Part shown: piece by piece, positions 10,204 through 20,127 of the stretch
Position numbering within the stretch: the stretch's first letter is position 1
Layout of the letters: every line of letters starts with the position of its first letter
Assembly: GCA_963845065.1 (NCBI GenBank)
Contig: CAWJQQ010000001.1
Coordinates: 480,001 to 544,000, forward strand
From: Nitrospirota bacterium
Lineage (GTDB): Bacteria > Nitrospirota > UBA9217
DNA: 64,000 bases
Direction: 5' to 3'
Made by a program: the position numbers and the translations under genes
The notes under the pieces: generated by a model
Told to the model about the DNA's origin: nothing
The model's input: the letters and a program-made list of their open reading frames with translations, nothing else
The model's database searches: none

Positions 10204-10811
10204 TGTGATGTCCTCCTCTTAAGGAATTGATGCTTGAAAGTGGCAGGGCTTGTTGCGCCCGAAAACGGCGAGTACGGGCCGACTATCGTGGCTCAGGAAA
10301 ATGGTTTATGTATGACCTTTGGTCTTGACCCACGCTGATAAAATAACTACCTAAACATACTATAGTAACCATAATAGAAACATCGGTGTTAGTCTGATTT
10401 TATCTATCAGGCTTTGTCCTATGGGCGGAAGTCAACATGAGAGATGAATTCAAGTAGAGGGGAGGGGTACTGTCAGGGGAGACCTTAGAAATTATAAAGT
10501 CAGACCAGGTCGGGCCAAGTCATAATTCATGTTTAGTTCAACTGGCGTAAAGCCGTACCCTATTTTTACGAATACATGCCTGATCTAAAATGCCACTTCA
10601 CTTGATACGGATGTATGCTGCAATTTTACAAAGATGAAGCTGTGGCGAGCTACAGCTTGTAGATGTATTGTTATTGAGAATAAAAAAAAGATTGCAATTA
10701 GAAATTAGAATCAAAGAGCATGTTGCCATAGAAATTGCGCATACCGTTACCAGGTCGTCATGTCTTTTTTGGTAGATAATGATCGGGACGAAAGATTTGA
10801 TTCCATCGATA

Positions 10812-11303
10812 CTATGTTTTCTTGAACAAATAGAAAATTATAAAGAAAATGCCGCCCACCGTCAAAACTACCATAGATAATGCTTCAATGGTGTCAATAG
10901 TTGATAGTCTTTTATACATTGTAAATGCAATTAGCAGGCAACAAATGCCTGTTAATACTCCAATCAGTTTATTGTGTTTCGTTGCCCTCGCACTCTCAGA
11001 CAGTATTTGTGGCACATTGCCAGTCAAGCGCTCAATCATAGTTGACTGTCTAAATATTTCTTTTCTAGTGTCATCTTCAAGTGTCACTAAAATTATCCAA
11101 CCGGCATTAAAAACTACAAGCCCAGCAATTTGCCATTGATAATTACGTATAATACTGGAGATGATAAAAATTAAAATACCAATTGTCCTAACTATCTCGC
11201 CCTTCAAGCCGCTTCGTAAATATATTCGTAACCCTCTCATCGCAAGCAAAGAAGATAAAAAAACGACCAAAATTAATATATAAATATCCTCACGCAAAGT
11301 CAC
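10812..11303 (-). CDS. Hypothetical AT-rich multi-pass membrane protein
   Basis: 163-aa ORF with about five hydrophobic segments; no motif recognised. Confidence 0.55.
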   Translation of the reverse strand: MTLREDIYILILVVFLSSLLAMRGLRIYLRSGLKGEIVRTIGILIFIISSIIRNYQWQIAGLVVFNAGWIILVTLEDDTRKEIFRQSTMIERLTGNVPQILSESARATKHNKLIGVLTGICCLLIAFTMYKRLSTIDTIEALSMVVLTVGGIFFIIFYLFKKT

Positions 11304-11439
11304 ACTTCAATGAATAAATTAGTACTCGGGGGTCTTAAAATTATCACAACCACTAATCGGCAACAGTACTGTTCGGCTCGCGGTCATGAACGCGTGGTAA
11401 TAAATTACTATGGTTTTAGGGATGGATTTAGTTAAGACA

Positions 11440-12375
11440 CTAGTTAAGGTAGCTAATCGGATTAACAGGCAGGCCGTTGATCCGGACCTCGTAATGCAAA
11501 TGAGGCCCGGTACTCGACCCGGTATTCCCAGAATACGAGATTATGTCGCCGCGCTTCACATGTTGTCCCGGTTTGACGTTTAACCGGGAATTGTGGCCGA
11601 AAACGGTGATAAAACCATATCCGTGGCTGAGCTCTACTACGTTGCCGTAGCCGGACTCAAAACCCGCCTTGATAACCACTCCGTCGGCGGGTGCGAGCAC
11701 CGGGGTGCCGATTTCCGCGGCAATATCTATGCCTTCGTGAAATTGTATAGTGCCGGTGAACGGCGATATCCTGTTGCCAAACGGAGAATTGACCCAACCG
11801 TGGACCGGCCAGAGCGCGGGAGTAGAGGCATAGAGCGAACGTTTGTCTTCAAAGTATTCAATCAGGGTCTGTAGGCTCGTCTCCTGCTTCGAAGCCGCAC
11901 CTTGGAGCTGAGTCAGTTCTTGATGCATTTCTTTGAGCGCCTCGTCCTGGTTCTTTTCACCGATTGTGACAAGGTTCTGAAGCCCGAGTTCATCCCGGCC
12001 CCCGAGCCCGAGGACCAGTTGTGTCTTATCGCGTGGATCGAGATCTGCGGCCCTCCGCAGTTCCGTATCCAGGTCGCGGATCAGGAACATCTGGCGTTTA
12101 TAATCAATCATTCTGAGGGCGAAGTTCTGGACCTGGGTTTTCTGCTGCATAAGTTCCTCGCGCATGGTCTGCAGTTCCCATTCCTTCCCTATGATGTTAT
12201 TATATTCATAAATAAGATAAGCTGAAAGGACAAGTACTCCGACAAAGGAGAGAAGAACCAACTTGACCTTGGATTTGGAAATGTTCAGAGTCCTTACGCG
12301 CGCATTAGGACCGGGTAGGAACATAAAGGTAATATATTCTTTTTTCTTAGTATTTCTTCTATTCTTACCCCGCAT
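11440..12375 (-). CDS. M23-family metallopeptidase with N-terminal TM and coiled coil
   Basis: FHEGIDIAA and STGPHLHYEVR zinc motifs. GGAGG RBS before MRGKNRR. Confidence 0.92.
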   Translation of the reverse strand: MRGKNRRNTKKKEYITFMFLPGPNARVRTLNISKSKVKLVLLSFVGVLVLSAYLIYEYNNIIGKEWELQTMREELMQQKTQVQNFALRMIDYKRQMFLIRDLDTELRRAADLDPRDKTQLVLGLGGRDELGLQNLVTIGEKNQDEALKEMHQELTQLQGAASKQETSLQTLIEYFEDKRSLYASTPALWPVHGWVNSPFGNRISPFTGTIQFHEGIDIAAEIGTPVLAPADGVVIKAGFESGYGNVVELSHGYGFITVFGHNSRLNVKPGQHVKRGDIISYSGNTGSSTGPHLHYEVRINGLPVNPISYLN

Positions 12376-12404
12376 GCTTCCTCCCAAGGCAAATAAACGG
12401 CTAA

Positions 12405-12434
12405 ACCGTAGCACAGAGTATTGGGTATTGTCAA
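12405..12434 (-). promoter_or_regulatory. Candidate sigma70 promoter of the M23 gene
   Basis: TTGACA-18 bp-TACGGT with an extended -10 TG. Confidence 0.4.
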
Positions 12435-12823
12435 GCTGATATAATTGTTATTCAGCCGCCTTGTCTTGACGTTGAAAAATCTGCTCCGCCTCATGAGCGA
12501 CGCTGGTTTTCGACGGAAATTCGGTCGGAAGCGGCAAGCGACGTAGCGGCAAATATTGTCTCCGTGAATAGGGGATGTTATCACCGTACGCCCATTTCTT
12601 TTATTCGCTGTGGCTACCGGACGGTTTTCACGTTTTCATCCATTCCTTAAAAATCTTTATCTTCAGTTGTTCTTTCAAGGCGTAAGAGATATATCATCTG
12701 CGCTCTGGGACTGGAGCCCAAGCAACGTGAAGCTATAAACTTTTTAAATCGTTACGTCGAGTTGAATTTCCTACCGCCGGGTTGTAATAGGTTTTGATAA
12801 GTCTCTCAATACTCCGCTGCTTG

Positions 12824-12924
12824 CAGGTTGTCCGACAATTCAAATTTAGTCAATTTAGTTAAACATACATTTCAATCAAATACGAAGCAATAAATCAGTA
12901 TAAATGCCATTGTGGGACAGTCTG
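12824..12924. mobile_element. MITE-like element of about 100 bp inserted in a palindromic hairpin
   Basis: Terminal inverted repeats CAGGTTGTCCGACAAT / ATTGTGGGACAGTCTG. Flanks ACTCCGCTGCTTG ... TTGCAGGGTGT look like one interrupted hairpin. Confidence 0.5.
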
Positions 12925-13343
12925 TTTGTTGCAGGGTGTTTTATTAACTCATTCTCATCCATCTATCGTATCGGCTACTACTTACTGAAACTATAACGTT
13001 ATTTTAGATATTCTCCCACTACTGCTAAGTCGAGCTCTGAGCCAATCAAACATGCATCAGATTTTGCTTTTGTAAAATCAACTATTTCAAGAAGTTAGTT
13101 ATCCAAAAATTTGTTATCTGGAAAAGCATGAATTCCATATCCCGGAAGTTTATCTTCAGCGTAGGAGAAAATGCTCTATACGCTGTGTTTAGGCCTTTAT
13201 AAAGATATTTAAGGAACAAAAGTGATGCTGTCCGGGATGGGAGGGGTCAAAATTGACCATATTACAAATTTTTTTCTTTAAAATATTTCTCTGGGCACTA
13301 ATGTATCGTGAAAATAGCAATTCTTTGTTTTCTTCACAACCAG

Positions 13344-13394
13344 CGCCTTATATCCCCGGCCTCACGGCCGGGGGCTTACGGCGCATTGAGATAA
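13344..13394 (-). mobile_element. Orphan IS200/IS605-family left end
   Basis: TTAT|CTCAATGCGCCGTAAG-CCCCCGGCCGTGAGGCCGGGG-ATATAAGGCG. Near-identical copy at 46692-46733. Confidence 0.7.
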
Positions 13395-13567
13395 ATTTGA
13401 TGGAATGGCGTGAAAAGGCCAAGGGAAAAAGGATCTACACGAAGTCACTAATTCAACATGAAATATGTACTCGCAGCCCACACAGCGAATGTACACGCTT
13501 CAGGAAGGATGTGTGATTTTTTAGGATATGAAAATCGAGATTACCTTTGAAACTGATATCAATATGA

Positions 13568-14815
13568 CTATCGGATGGAAACCGACGAGAACCCGCGCCC
13601 TGTTTCATAATGGAACACTTCAGCACCGCAAAACGTTCCGTCCTCCTCGAGCCATCCCCCAGTGTTGTACAGCGTCACGGTTTGCGGGGCAGCTGAAGAT
13701 GCTGTTTCCAGCGTGGGTGGTTGCGGGTCATTCCAGGCTATCGGTTGGTGAGTATGACCAAAAACGAATCTCCGTGGATTCGGCATGCCGAGATTCATAG
13801 CGTCATTCATTGCTTTAATTTCAAGCAGACAAGCACTGTAAAATCGCCGGAACCTATCCTGTACCTCCTGTTTGGAAATAAAATCGGCATTATAGCGGGC
13901 ATTCTTTGAATTCTTAAGAGCTCCCAGCATATGTTCTTCTATTTTTTTCATAGCGTAATGTGCGATCATCTTTTTGATCCAACCTAAATCCGCAGCATTG
14001 TCTATTACCGTGATCGAGCGATCCAGGTATTTCCGAATATGCGACAGATCCCTATCGTTTACTTGCTGTTCGATCTGGCGTGCTAGACTGGTCAATACGC
14101 CCGTATGTCCTATGCTCGTGCATCCAAGCTGATTGAAGGGAAAATTCAGTTCCACCATCGTTTCGGAGTCGATTTTTTTGACATCCAAGTCATCAGATAC
14201 GATCTTCATTAACAGCTCTCCGAGAACAGACCAATAAGGTTCGAGATAGTGCCCGTGTGTCACAATGGTGCTTTCGCTGTCGGTTACGATATAGAGGCTT
14301 GGAAAGACAAAATTGAATACCGTCGGGCTCCCGGTGCCGGTTATAGAGTCAAGGAACATACCCCCGTACTTGAGTTCTGATGTTTTTGCTGAAACGTTGT
14401 TTAGAGTAAAGCCCCGGTGTGGACTGCCTTGCCTGTCGTCGATAATTCCGGCCACGGAATGCTCGAATTGTACCGGAAGTTTCCCATTGAGCAGCCGGTT
14501 AATCACGGCGCGTTGCTGCTGAACTATATGCCAGATATCTGCGTCGTGATTTCCCGCAATATAGATTATTTGACGCGCGATCCCATCTCGTTGTATCTGT
14601 TGAAAGAATACCTGGGCATACTGATAGGCGTATTCATAACTCGCTATGGTATAATCGAGCACGTCCCCGACCATAACAAGGTAATCGTTTCCTGTGCCAA
14701 CGGCTTTAAGAAATGCGTCATACTTTGGTCCTTTGACGATACTATCACCTAGTTTTCGAACAAGGGTACAGGTATCCTGTCCAAAGTGGGTATCGGATAT
14801 AATACTGATTTTCAT
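13568..14815 (-). CDS. Calcineurin-like metallophosphoesterase
   Basis: All five metal motifs present: SDTH, GDVLD, GNHD, THGH, GHTH. Confidence 0.88.
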   Translation of the reverse strand: MKISIISDTHFGQDTCTLVRKLGDSIVKGPKYDAFLKAVGTGNDYLVMVGDVLDYTIASYEYAYQYAQVFFQQIQRDGIARQIIYIAGNHDADIWHIVQQQRAVINRLLNGKLPVQFEHSVAGIIDDRQGSPHRGFTLNNVSAKTSELKYGGMFLDSITGTGSPTVFNFVFPSLYIVTDSESTIVTHGHYLEPYWSVLGELLMKIVSDDLDVKKIDSETMVELNFPFNQLGCTSIGHTGVLTSLARQIEQQVNDRDLSHIRKYLDRSITVIDNAADLGWIKKMIAHYAMKKIEEHMLGALKNSKNARYNADFISKQEVQDRFRRFYSACLLEIKAMNDAMNLGMPNPRRFVFGHTHQPIAWNDPQPPTLETASSAAPQTVTLYNTGGWLEEDGTFCGAEVFHYETGRGFSSVSIR

Positions 14816-14834
14816 GAGATGCCTCTTTCTGTAG

Positions 14835-15022
14835 AAAAATTGACGACCACCAGTCCTTGCTCACAGTAGTGCTAGTAAAGCTTTTCGAGACCATCGTACT
14901 GCTTGGCCAGCTAGTAATTCGAGGCAACATTGATGATCAGCACAACATGGCCCCTGAATTTCCCCAGAGGCGTCCTTGCCGGTAATGCGTCGAACGGGAA
15001 TGTCATAGATTTACGTGCTCAA
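14835..15022 (-). pseudogene. Glutathione peroxidase family remnant (N-terminal third)
   Basis: Own translation: IYDIPVRRITGKDAS/(frameshift)GKFRGHVVLIINVASNY*LAKQYDGLEKLY*HYCEQGLVVVNF. The catalytic NVASKCG motif is degraded. Confidence 0.8.
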
Positions 15023-15024
15023 AT

Positions 15025-15639
15025 CTATGCCGGTGTTTTCCGATTTCCCAATGAACGCTCGAACAGATCAAACAGTTTATCCCAGTGTCGTTTGAGTGCA
15101 GCCTCGTTATAGGCTGGCAGATCGGCCATCGCAAAGCCATGGCCAGCGCTACTATAAAGCTCCACCTCGTAACGGACGCCGGCCTGCTCCAAAGCGTTTC
15201 GCAGGCGCTCGATCTGTTCGGGAGGCATGGACTGATCGTTATCCGCATGAGCAATATAAAGTTCGGCCTTGACGTGATTGAGAAGCCGATGCGGACTGTT
15301 CGGGGCGTCTGTCGCCAGGTTGCCTCCATGAAAGCTAGCGACTGACGCGACTCGATTGGGATAATGAGCAGCAGTCCGAATCGCCAATCCAACGCCTAGG
15401 CAATACCCCGTGATTCCGATCTTGCCGGGTTGAGCTTGTTTCTGTTGGGCCAAAAAATCGAGGAACACTGCTGTATCTCGCATTCCAAGCTCGGGAGTAA
15501 AGCTTTGGAACAAGGGCATGATCTGCTTGATCAACTCGGGCATATCCTCGGAGCGTACTTGAAATTTCATATCGGTAACAGGAGCCCGGTGATCGCGATA
15601 AAATAGGTTCGGAAGTAAGACGTACTGACCACTCCCCAT
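15025..15639 (-). CDS. Dienelactone hydrolase family protein, natural N-terminus lost; first five codons come from the IS right end
   Basis: YVLLPNLFYR, GYCLG nucleophile elbow, HADND and AGHGF motifs. MGSGQ is encoded by 15625-15639. Confidence 0.75.
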   Translation of the reverse strand: MGSGQYVLLPNLFYRDHRAPVTDMKFQVRSEDMPELIKQIMPLFQSFTPELGMRDTAVFLDFLAQQKQAQPGKIGITGYCLGVGLAIRTAAHYPNRVASVASFHGGNLATDAPNSPHRLLNHVKAELYIAHADNDQSMPPEQIERLRNALEQAGVRYEVELYSSAGHGFAMADLPAYNEAALKRHWDKLFDLFERSLGNRKTPA

Positions 15640-17288
15640 GTCTAAAGCCAGGGGGTTCTAGCGGCTGTACCGACAGGCTCTCCGGCAACAATACGAACGT
15701 TGTCGGCCTCGACTGTCGTTGATCCGCCTTTAACGGACGAGCAGCTCTGTCTCCGGTTCGTGGTGTTCTCGTGCTTGATACCGAAGCTGGTTGGATGAAT
15801 TCGACCCTTTGCCGCTTCATGCTGCACCCCCAACACCGCCCGTTCCAGGAGCAGGTTTGCACCCGGCCAGGCTTTGGCAGCCTGACGCGTGTCGAGGACA
15901 TCGTTAGAAACATGCTTTGCAAGGAATGCGGAATAGAGATCACGCTGGGTGCTTACCCCGCAGTTGCAGGCATGCCATCTTTGGGACAATGATTTTTTGG
16001 CTACTGTTCCGCAATGGCATGTCTGGGAAAGCTTTGTGCTCCGGGTAGAAAACTCGGTTACTTTACCGCCAGCGTTTTCGGCTTTGTGGTGAAGCATCGA
16101 CATAAACATCCCCGGAGCTCGTCGCGAAATACTTTTACCATAGAGTTTCTGAAATGCTTTGTACGACAGTTTCTCGGTTTTGATGTCGGTACCGAGAGTG
16201 AGGACTTTGTTCACGAGCTTGCCATGAGACCGTTTTCTGGTTTCAGCAAGGATTCTTTGAAGTTCGGCGAGCTTAGCTTTAAGAACACGGTATTGAACAG
16301 AAAAGACCCACTGCTTTTTACCCGTTTTGATGGTTTTGTCTCCGTTGTGGTTGCCCGGGTTGGTAGCACGAAGGCTTCTGGCCATTTTGCGCTGGACGGT
16401 CTTGATACGTTTAAACGGTATCTCGACTTCAGGGCAAAATTCGAGTAGTAACGCATCGGTATCACCAACGATGGCAACTGTCGACGGGCCAATGTCAAGG
16501 CCAACGGTTTCGGTGCCAATCTGGTTCTCACGCTTGATCTTGGCCGTGCCTTTAAGCACAAGTTGGGCAAACCAGCGGGGATTGCCGCGGATAGTTTTCT
16601 TGACCAGACGAACGTACTTGACATCATGGCTAAGTGCATGAGCCTGAACACCAAACTTGTCTTTCTTGTCGAAGACACAGTTGAGACGAAGGCCAGTCCA
16701 CTCCACATGGTCATCGCACCACCGAATACCAGATTTGTTGTTTTTACCTTCAAGGGACGACATCCAGCCATGGCGCTTGAAACGTGGTTTGCCATGCTTC
16801 CCAAACTCGTAGTCAGCGACGGCGCTATATGCTCGAGATGCTATCTTCTGGGCGGTCAGGCTGTCAATATGGTCTCCGATCCAGCAGGAATTGCGGAGGA
16901 TACCGACGTAGTTATGAAGGTGGTATTCAGTATATTCAGCCTGGGTTCTGGCTGTCTTAAACATCTTGGTGCGAAGCTTGCTTTTCTTCTTCGTGATCGC
17001 CACGAGCCATTTTTCTGATCGCCGCATGGCAGTAAGACGCTTCATCGCTTCACCAAGGCAGGCATTGTACAGATAACGGCCAGCTTCGAGCCGGGCATCG
17101 AGCATTCGATTGTCCTTTGGAGTCACTACGAGTTGAAACTCGTGGATAAAAGATGGGGTTTTAAGTTTATTCGGCATTGGTTGTTTAAATATACCACATA
17201 GATGTACATTTGTCTACTAATTGCTGAAAAACAAAGTTCCCGCATTCATCCCCATGGTTAAAACCAGGGGCTTTCTGCGGATAGTTTG
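15625..17288 (-). mobile_element. Complete tnpB-only (IS1341-like) IS200/IS605 element with IS608-type ends
   Basis: Left end TTAC|CAAACTATCCGCAG-AAAG-CCCCTGGTTTTAACCATGGGG. Right end GAAC-CCCCTGGCTTTAGACATGGGG-AGTGG-TCAG. Guide/cleavage pairs AAAG/TTAC and GAAC/TCAG follow the IS608 pairing rule. Confidence 0.9.
15642..17177 (-). CDS. tnpB: RNA-guided endonuclease TnpB
   Basis: RuvC D (GLDIG), E (KTEKL) and D (QRDLYSA) intact; zinc ribbon CHCG..CNCG. Candidate promoter TAGACA-17-TATATT at 17188-17216. Confidence 0.93.
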   Translation of the reverse strand: MPNKLKTPSFIHEFQLVVTPKDNRMLDARLEAGRYLYNACLGEAMKRLTAMRRSEKWLVAITKKKSKLRTKMFKTARTQAEYTEYHLHNYVGILRNSCWIGDHIDSLTAQKIASRAYSAVADYEFGKHGKPRFKRHGWMSSLEGKNNKSGIRWCDDHVEWTGLRLNCVFDKKDKFGVQAHALSHDVKYVRLVKKTIRGNPRWFAQLVLKGTAKIKRENQIGTETVGLDIGPSTVAIVGDTDALLLEFCPEVEIPFKRIKTVQRKMARSLRATNPGNHNGDKTIKTGKKQWVFSVQYRVLKAKLAELQRILAETRKRSHGKLVNKVLTLGTDIKTEKLSYKAFQKLYGKSISRRAPGMFMSMLHHKAENAGGKVTEFSTRSTKLSQTCHCGTVAKKSLSQRWHACNCGVSTQRDLYSAFLAKHVSNDVLDTRQAAKAWPGANLLLERAVLGVQHEAAKGRIHPTSFGIKHENTTNRRQSCSSVKGGSTTVEADNVRIVAGEPVGTAARTPWL

Positions 17289-17387
17289 GTAACTAGTGAA
17301 AATAAAAGGCTATGATTCATGCATCAGTCAGCGTAACCTAGTGTGCTAATTAGAATACGACTTCATCGGGCATTTCCTTCTGCGCCC

Positions 17388-17909
17388 TCACGCCTCTCCT
17401 TTCTGTCCCATGAAGTGGCCACTCTTATCCTTAAACAGTATATTGAAGGTGGTGAGCGAACCATAGATGCGCGTTATATATTGCTGCAAGTCTACCTTTT
17501 CAGTGTCCGTGAGGACCTTGTGTGAATTGATCTGCGCTTCCATGACCCGCAAACGGTCGCGGACCATCACGATCTTGTGAAAAAAGGTTCCGATGGGAAG
17601 GCTCTTTGATGCGAGCTTCGGATCACCCGGCTTGAGGATCATCTCTCCTCCCTGCCAGCGGTCGCCCAACTCGGTCTGAGGTATCTCTTCACGGCTGACT
17701 TCGAATGCCGCAAGCTTCATCATTTCATAGGCAGTGGTTTCGACGTCGGATAGGATCTGGAGTTCATCTTCCCGGGCGACGATGCTTTTGTCCAGGCGGG
17801 GGAAGTTGATCGTGCAGTCCTGCTTGATCCCGCTGCCTGATGTTTCCTCCACACGGCCTATGCCGAATCGTTCGTGACGAACCATGTCTCCCTTGATTAG
17901 ATTTCCCAT
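17388..17909 (-). CDS. Conserved hypothetical protein with N-terminal Tudor/SH3-like segment
   Basis: GGAGG RBS. GDMVRHERFGIGRV...TINF N-terminus; helical C-terminus FFHKIVMVRDRLRVMEAQIN...YGSLTTFNILF. Confidence 0.8.
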   Translation of the reverse strand: MGNLIKGDMVRHERFGIGRVEETSGSGIKQDCTINFPRLDKSIVAREDELQILSDVETTAYEMMKLAAFEVSREEIPQTELGDRWQGGEMILKPGDPKLASKSLPIGTFFHKIVMVRDRLRVMEAQINSHKVLTDTEKVDLQQYITRIYGSLTTFNILFKDKSGHFMGQKGEA

Positions 17910-18029
17910 ATTAAGCCTCCCGGTATTTATTTGACGACGTCATTTAGATCATCCAAGAATCGGTGCGTAAGCAATGCAAATTAGAGGTAGATGTTTCCGA
18001 TGTTGTTTCTCATGAACGCCGCTTTTCTT

Positions 18030-18578
18030 TTAATTTATCGCCGAGAATTCCTCTTCCGTAAGGGAGGGGATGAAAGGCGACATTTGTTACAAGATTTGAT
18101 CCACGTGCTATCTTTTACAGTATTGCAATGTTGAAAATAAAAAATAATAAATACCGTCTCTGTCCTGCGAAAAAGCAAATATTGATTCTCATTTAAACCC
18201 TTGATGCCTGTCGGATACTCTATAATTCATGTATCGCAGACAGAAAAAACGCGTTTGAGAACAGTGGCAAAGGGCTTACCAGGGATACGACAGCAGGAGA
18301 TCCTCAAGAGCGACAAAAGCAAAATAAATTCCCTTGATGGAATCCACTCAAGTCTTTCAAAAATGTTTTGTTTCGCGTTTTACCGGACCTTTCAGAATTT
18401 CTTTCGCAGGATTAAAGACAAGTCCGGGAAAGCCGGTTACCCGAGGTTTAATGGTATAGGACAGTACGACTCTAGCCATTATCTACAGGTTCCAGAGTTC
18501 CAGATAACGCCGCAGGGTCTTAACCTTTCCAAAATAGGAACCATCAAGACAAAGCTTCACCGACCCTATACCTGCTAG
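18030..18578 (+). pseudogene. tnpB: IS605-family left end plus frameshifted, truncated tnpB
   Basis: Hairpin TCCTCTTCCGTAAGGGAGGGG-ATGAAAGGCG. Fragments MLKIK..KYRLCP, FQNFFRRIKDKSGKAGYPRF and LSKIGTIKTKLHRP. No RuvC domain. Confidence 0.85.
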
Positions 18579-18681
18579 TCCTTTCCTCTCTTGAATCGGG
18601 TCCACACCTCCTCCTCTATACGCGCGCGATCATCAATAATTTCGAGAATGTTCCGCAAAATATACATGATTTAGGTTTTCC

Positions 18682-19707
18682 TCAGCCTGATATTTTTTGT
18701 TCCAAATCCTGCACCTGTTTCTCAAGATGGGCAATGTGTTTTCTTAGTTCCGGCAATTTCGGAAGAATTGCCTGCACCTTGAGCCAGTCTTTTTGCGGCA
18801 TGGAGTAAGTCCCGCCGATCATCTGGCCCGGCTCGATGTCTTTAATGATTCCGCTCTGGGCTGAAACCATCGTGCGGTCGCCGATACTGACATGGTCTGC
18901 TACGCCGACCTGACCTGCCAGAACAACAAAATCACCAAGCGTGCAGCTCCCGGAAATTCCCACCTGTGAGATCAGCATGCAGTGCTCTCCAATGGTCACA
19001 TTATGCGCGATTTGAACGAGGTTGTCGATTTTCGTTCCTTGTTTGATAACGGTAGTGCCGAGGGTTGCGCGATCGATAGCAGTGTTGGCGCCGATCTCCA
19101 CATCGTCGCCGATGATTACCCCGCCCACCTGCGGTATCTTGTGGTGTTTTCCGTCTTCCGTTGCATACCCGAACCCGTCGCTGCCGATAACCGCTCCCGC
19201 GTGGATGATCACGCGTTTGCCTACCCGTACGTCGTACCCGATATACACATTGGGGTAGACAACGCAGTCATCATCGACGACCGATCCCTTGCCAAGGTAT
19301 ACGCCGGGATAGAGGGTCACCCGGTCTCCAATCATTACATTGTCGCCAATCACGGCATAAGGATGAATAGAAGGTTCGACGCCGATAACCGAGTGCTGCC
19401 CAATGATTGCCTTGTCGCTTATGCCGATCGGTCGGGAGGACTTCACATGAAACAACTCGATTGCCCGCGCAAAGGCAAGCCGTGGATTTTTCACCCGAAG
19501 AAGAGGCAGCCGCAGTTTGGGAGTATCCGGAGGCGCGAATGCAGCCGATGCACCCGACTGTTCCAGTTGCCTAATATTATTTTCCCCGGTAATGAAGGTG
19601 ATATACCCAGCGCCCGCGTTGTTTAAGCCGGCTGCACCGATTATCTCGATGTCTCCCGGACCTTCCAACTCGGCATTGAGTTTGTTAGCAAGATCTTTGA
19701 GCTTCAT
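18682..19707 (-). CDS. lpxD: UDP-3-O-(3-hydroxyacyl)glucosamine N-acyltransferase
   Basis: Hexapeptide repeats; [23 protein letters not shown] and [11 protein letters not shown] motifs. Confidence 0.96.
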   Translation of the reverse strand: MKLKDLANKLNAELEGPGDIEIIGAAGLNNAGAGYITFITGENNIRQLEQSGASAAFAPPDTPKLRLPLLRVKNPRLAFARAIELFHVKSSRPIGISDKAIIGQHSVIGVEPSIHPYAVIGDNVMIGDRVTLYPGVYLGKGSVVDDDCVVYPNVYIGYDVRVGKRVIIHAGAVIGSDGFGYATEDGKHHKIPQVGGVIIGDDVEIGANTAIDRATLGTTVIKQGTKIDNLVQIAHNVTIGEHCMLISQVGISGSCTLGDFVVLAGQVGVADHVSIGDRTMVSAQSGIIKDIEPGQMIGGTYSMPQKDWLKVQAILPKLPELRKHIAHLEKQVQDLEQKISG

Positions 19708-19994
19708 GGCGTTTTTCCTCCCCGAAACAAGACGTTCTGTCCTGAGAGCTGGCTCCGTTTAACAAACGATTCAACGAACTTATCGAAGTCTAGATGTGAA
19801 GAACTATTCAAGTGCCTTGTCAAACAGTGGCCATATCCTTAACCTTGTAATAACATATAGCATTAGCCTCCGGGGAAATATTTCAAAGATACGATTCCGT
19901 ATGATTAGTTTTTACCTTTCTCATCCCGGACAGCATAACTTTTGTGCCTGAAATATCGTCATACAGGCCTCTGTACAGCGTATATAGTGTTTTT

Positions 19995-20127
19995 CCTAAG
20001 CTGAATACGCCGACCTCACGCTCGATGCCTGCCGTTGTAGGGCCGCGCACACCCTTTTCCCTGATGATCTTGAGCGCGCCACCTGCACAATCTGATCGTG
20101 CCGCACATCCCCGCTGCATTTTATCAT
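19995..20127 (-). pseudogene. TetR-family regulator N-terminal remnant
   Basis: MIKCSGDVRHDQIVQVA/(frameshift)LKIIREKGVRGPTTAGIEREVGV resembles the start of a TetR HTH. Confidence 0.55.

Noticed and set aside
10241..10256. Sigma54 promoter TGGCAGGGCTTGTTGC upstream of lctP
   Set aside because: GG-GC spacing is 11 rather than 10, and it points away from lctP.
14900..14920. Selenocysteine GPx
   Set aside because: The stops are TAG/TAA rather than TGA, fall off the catalytic position, and the gene is frameshifted and truncated.
15642..17177. Cas12f/Cas12-type effector or nuclease-dead TldR
   Set aside because: Bounded by IS608-type ends, no array, and all three RuvC acidic residues are present.
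15625..17288. IStron (group I intron-IS hybrid)
   Set aside because: Only about 110 bp separate the left end from tnpB, leaving no room for a ribozyme core.
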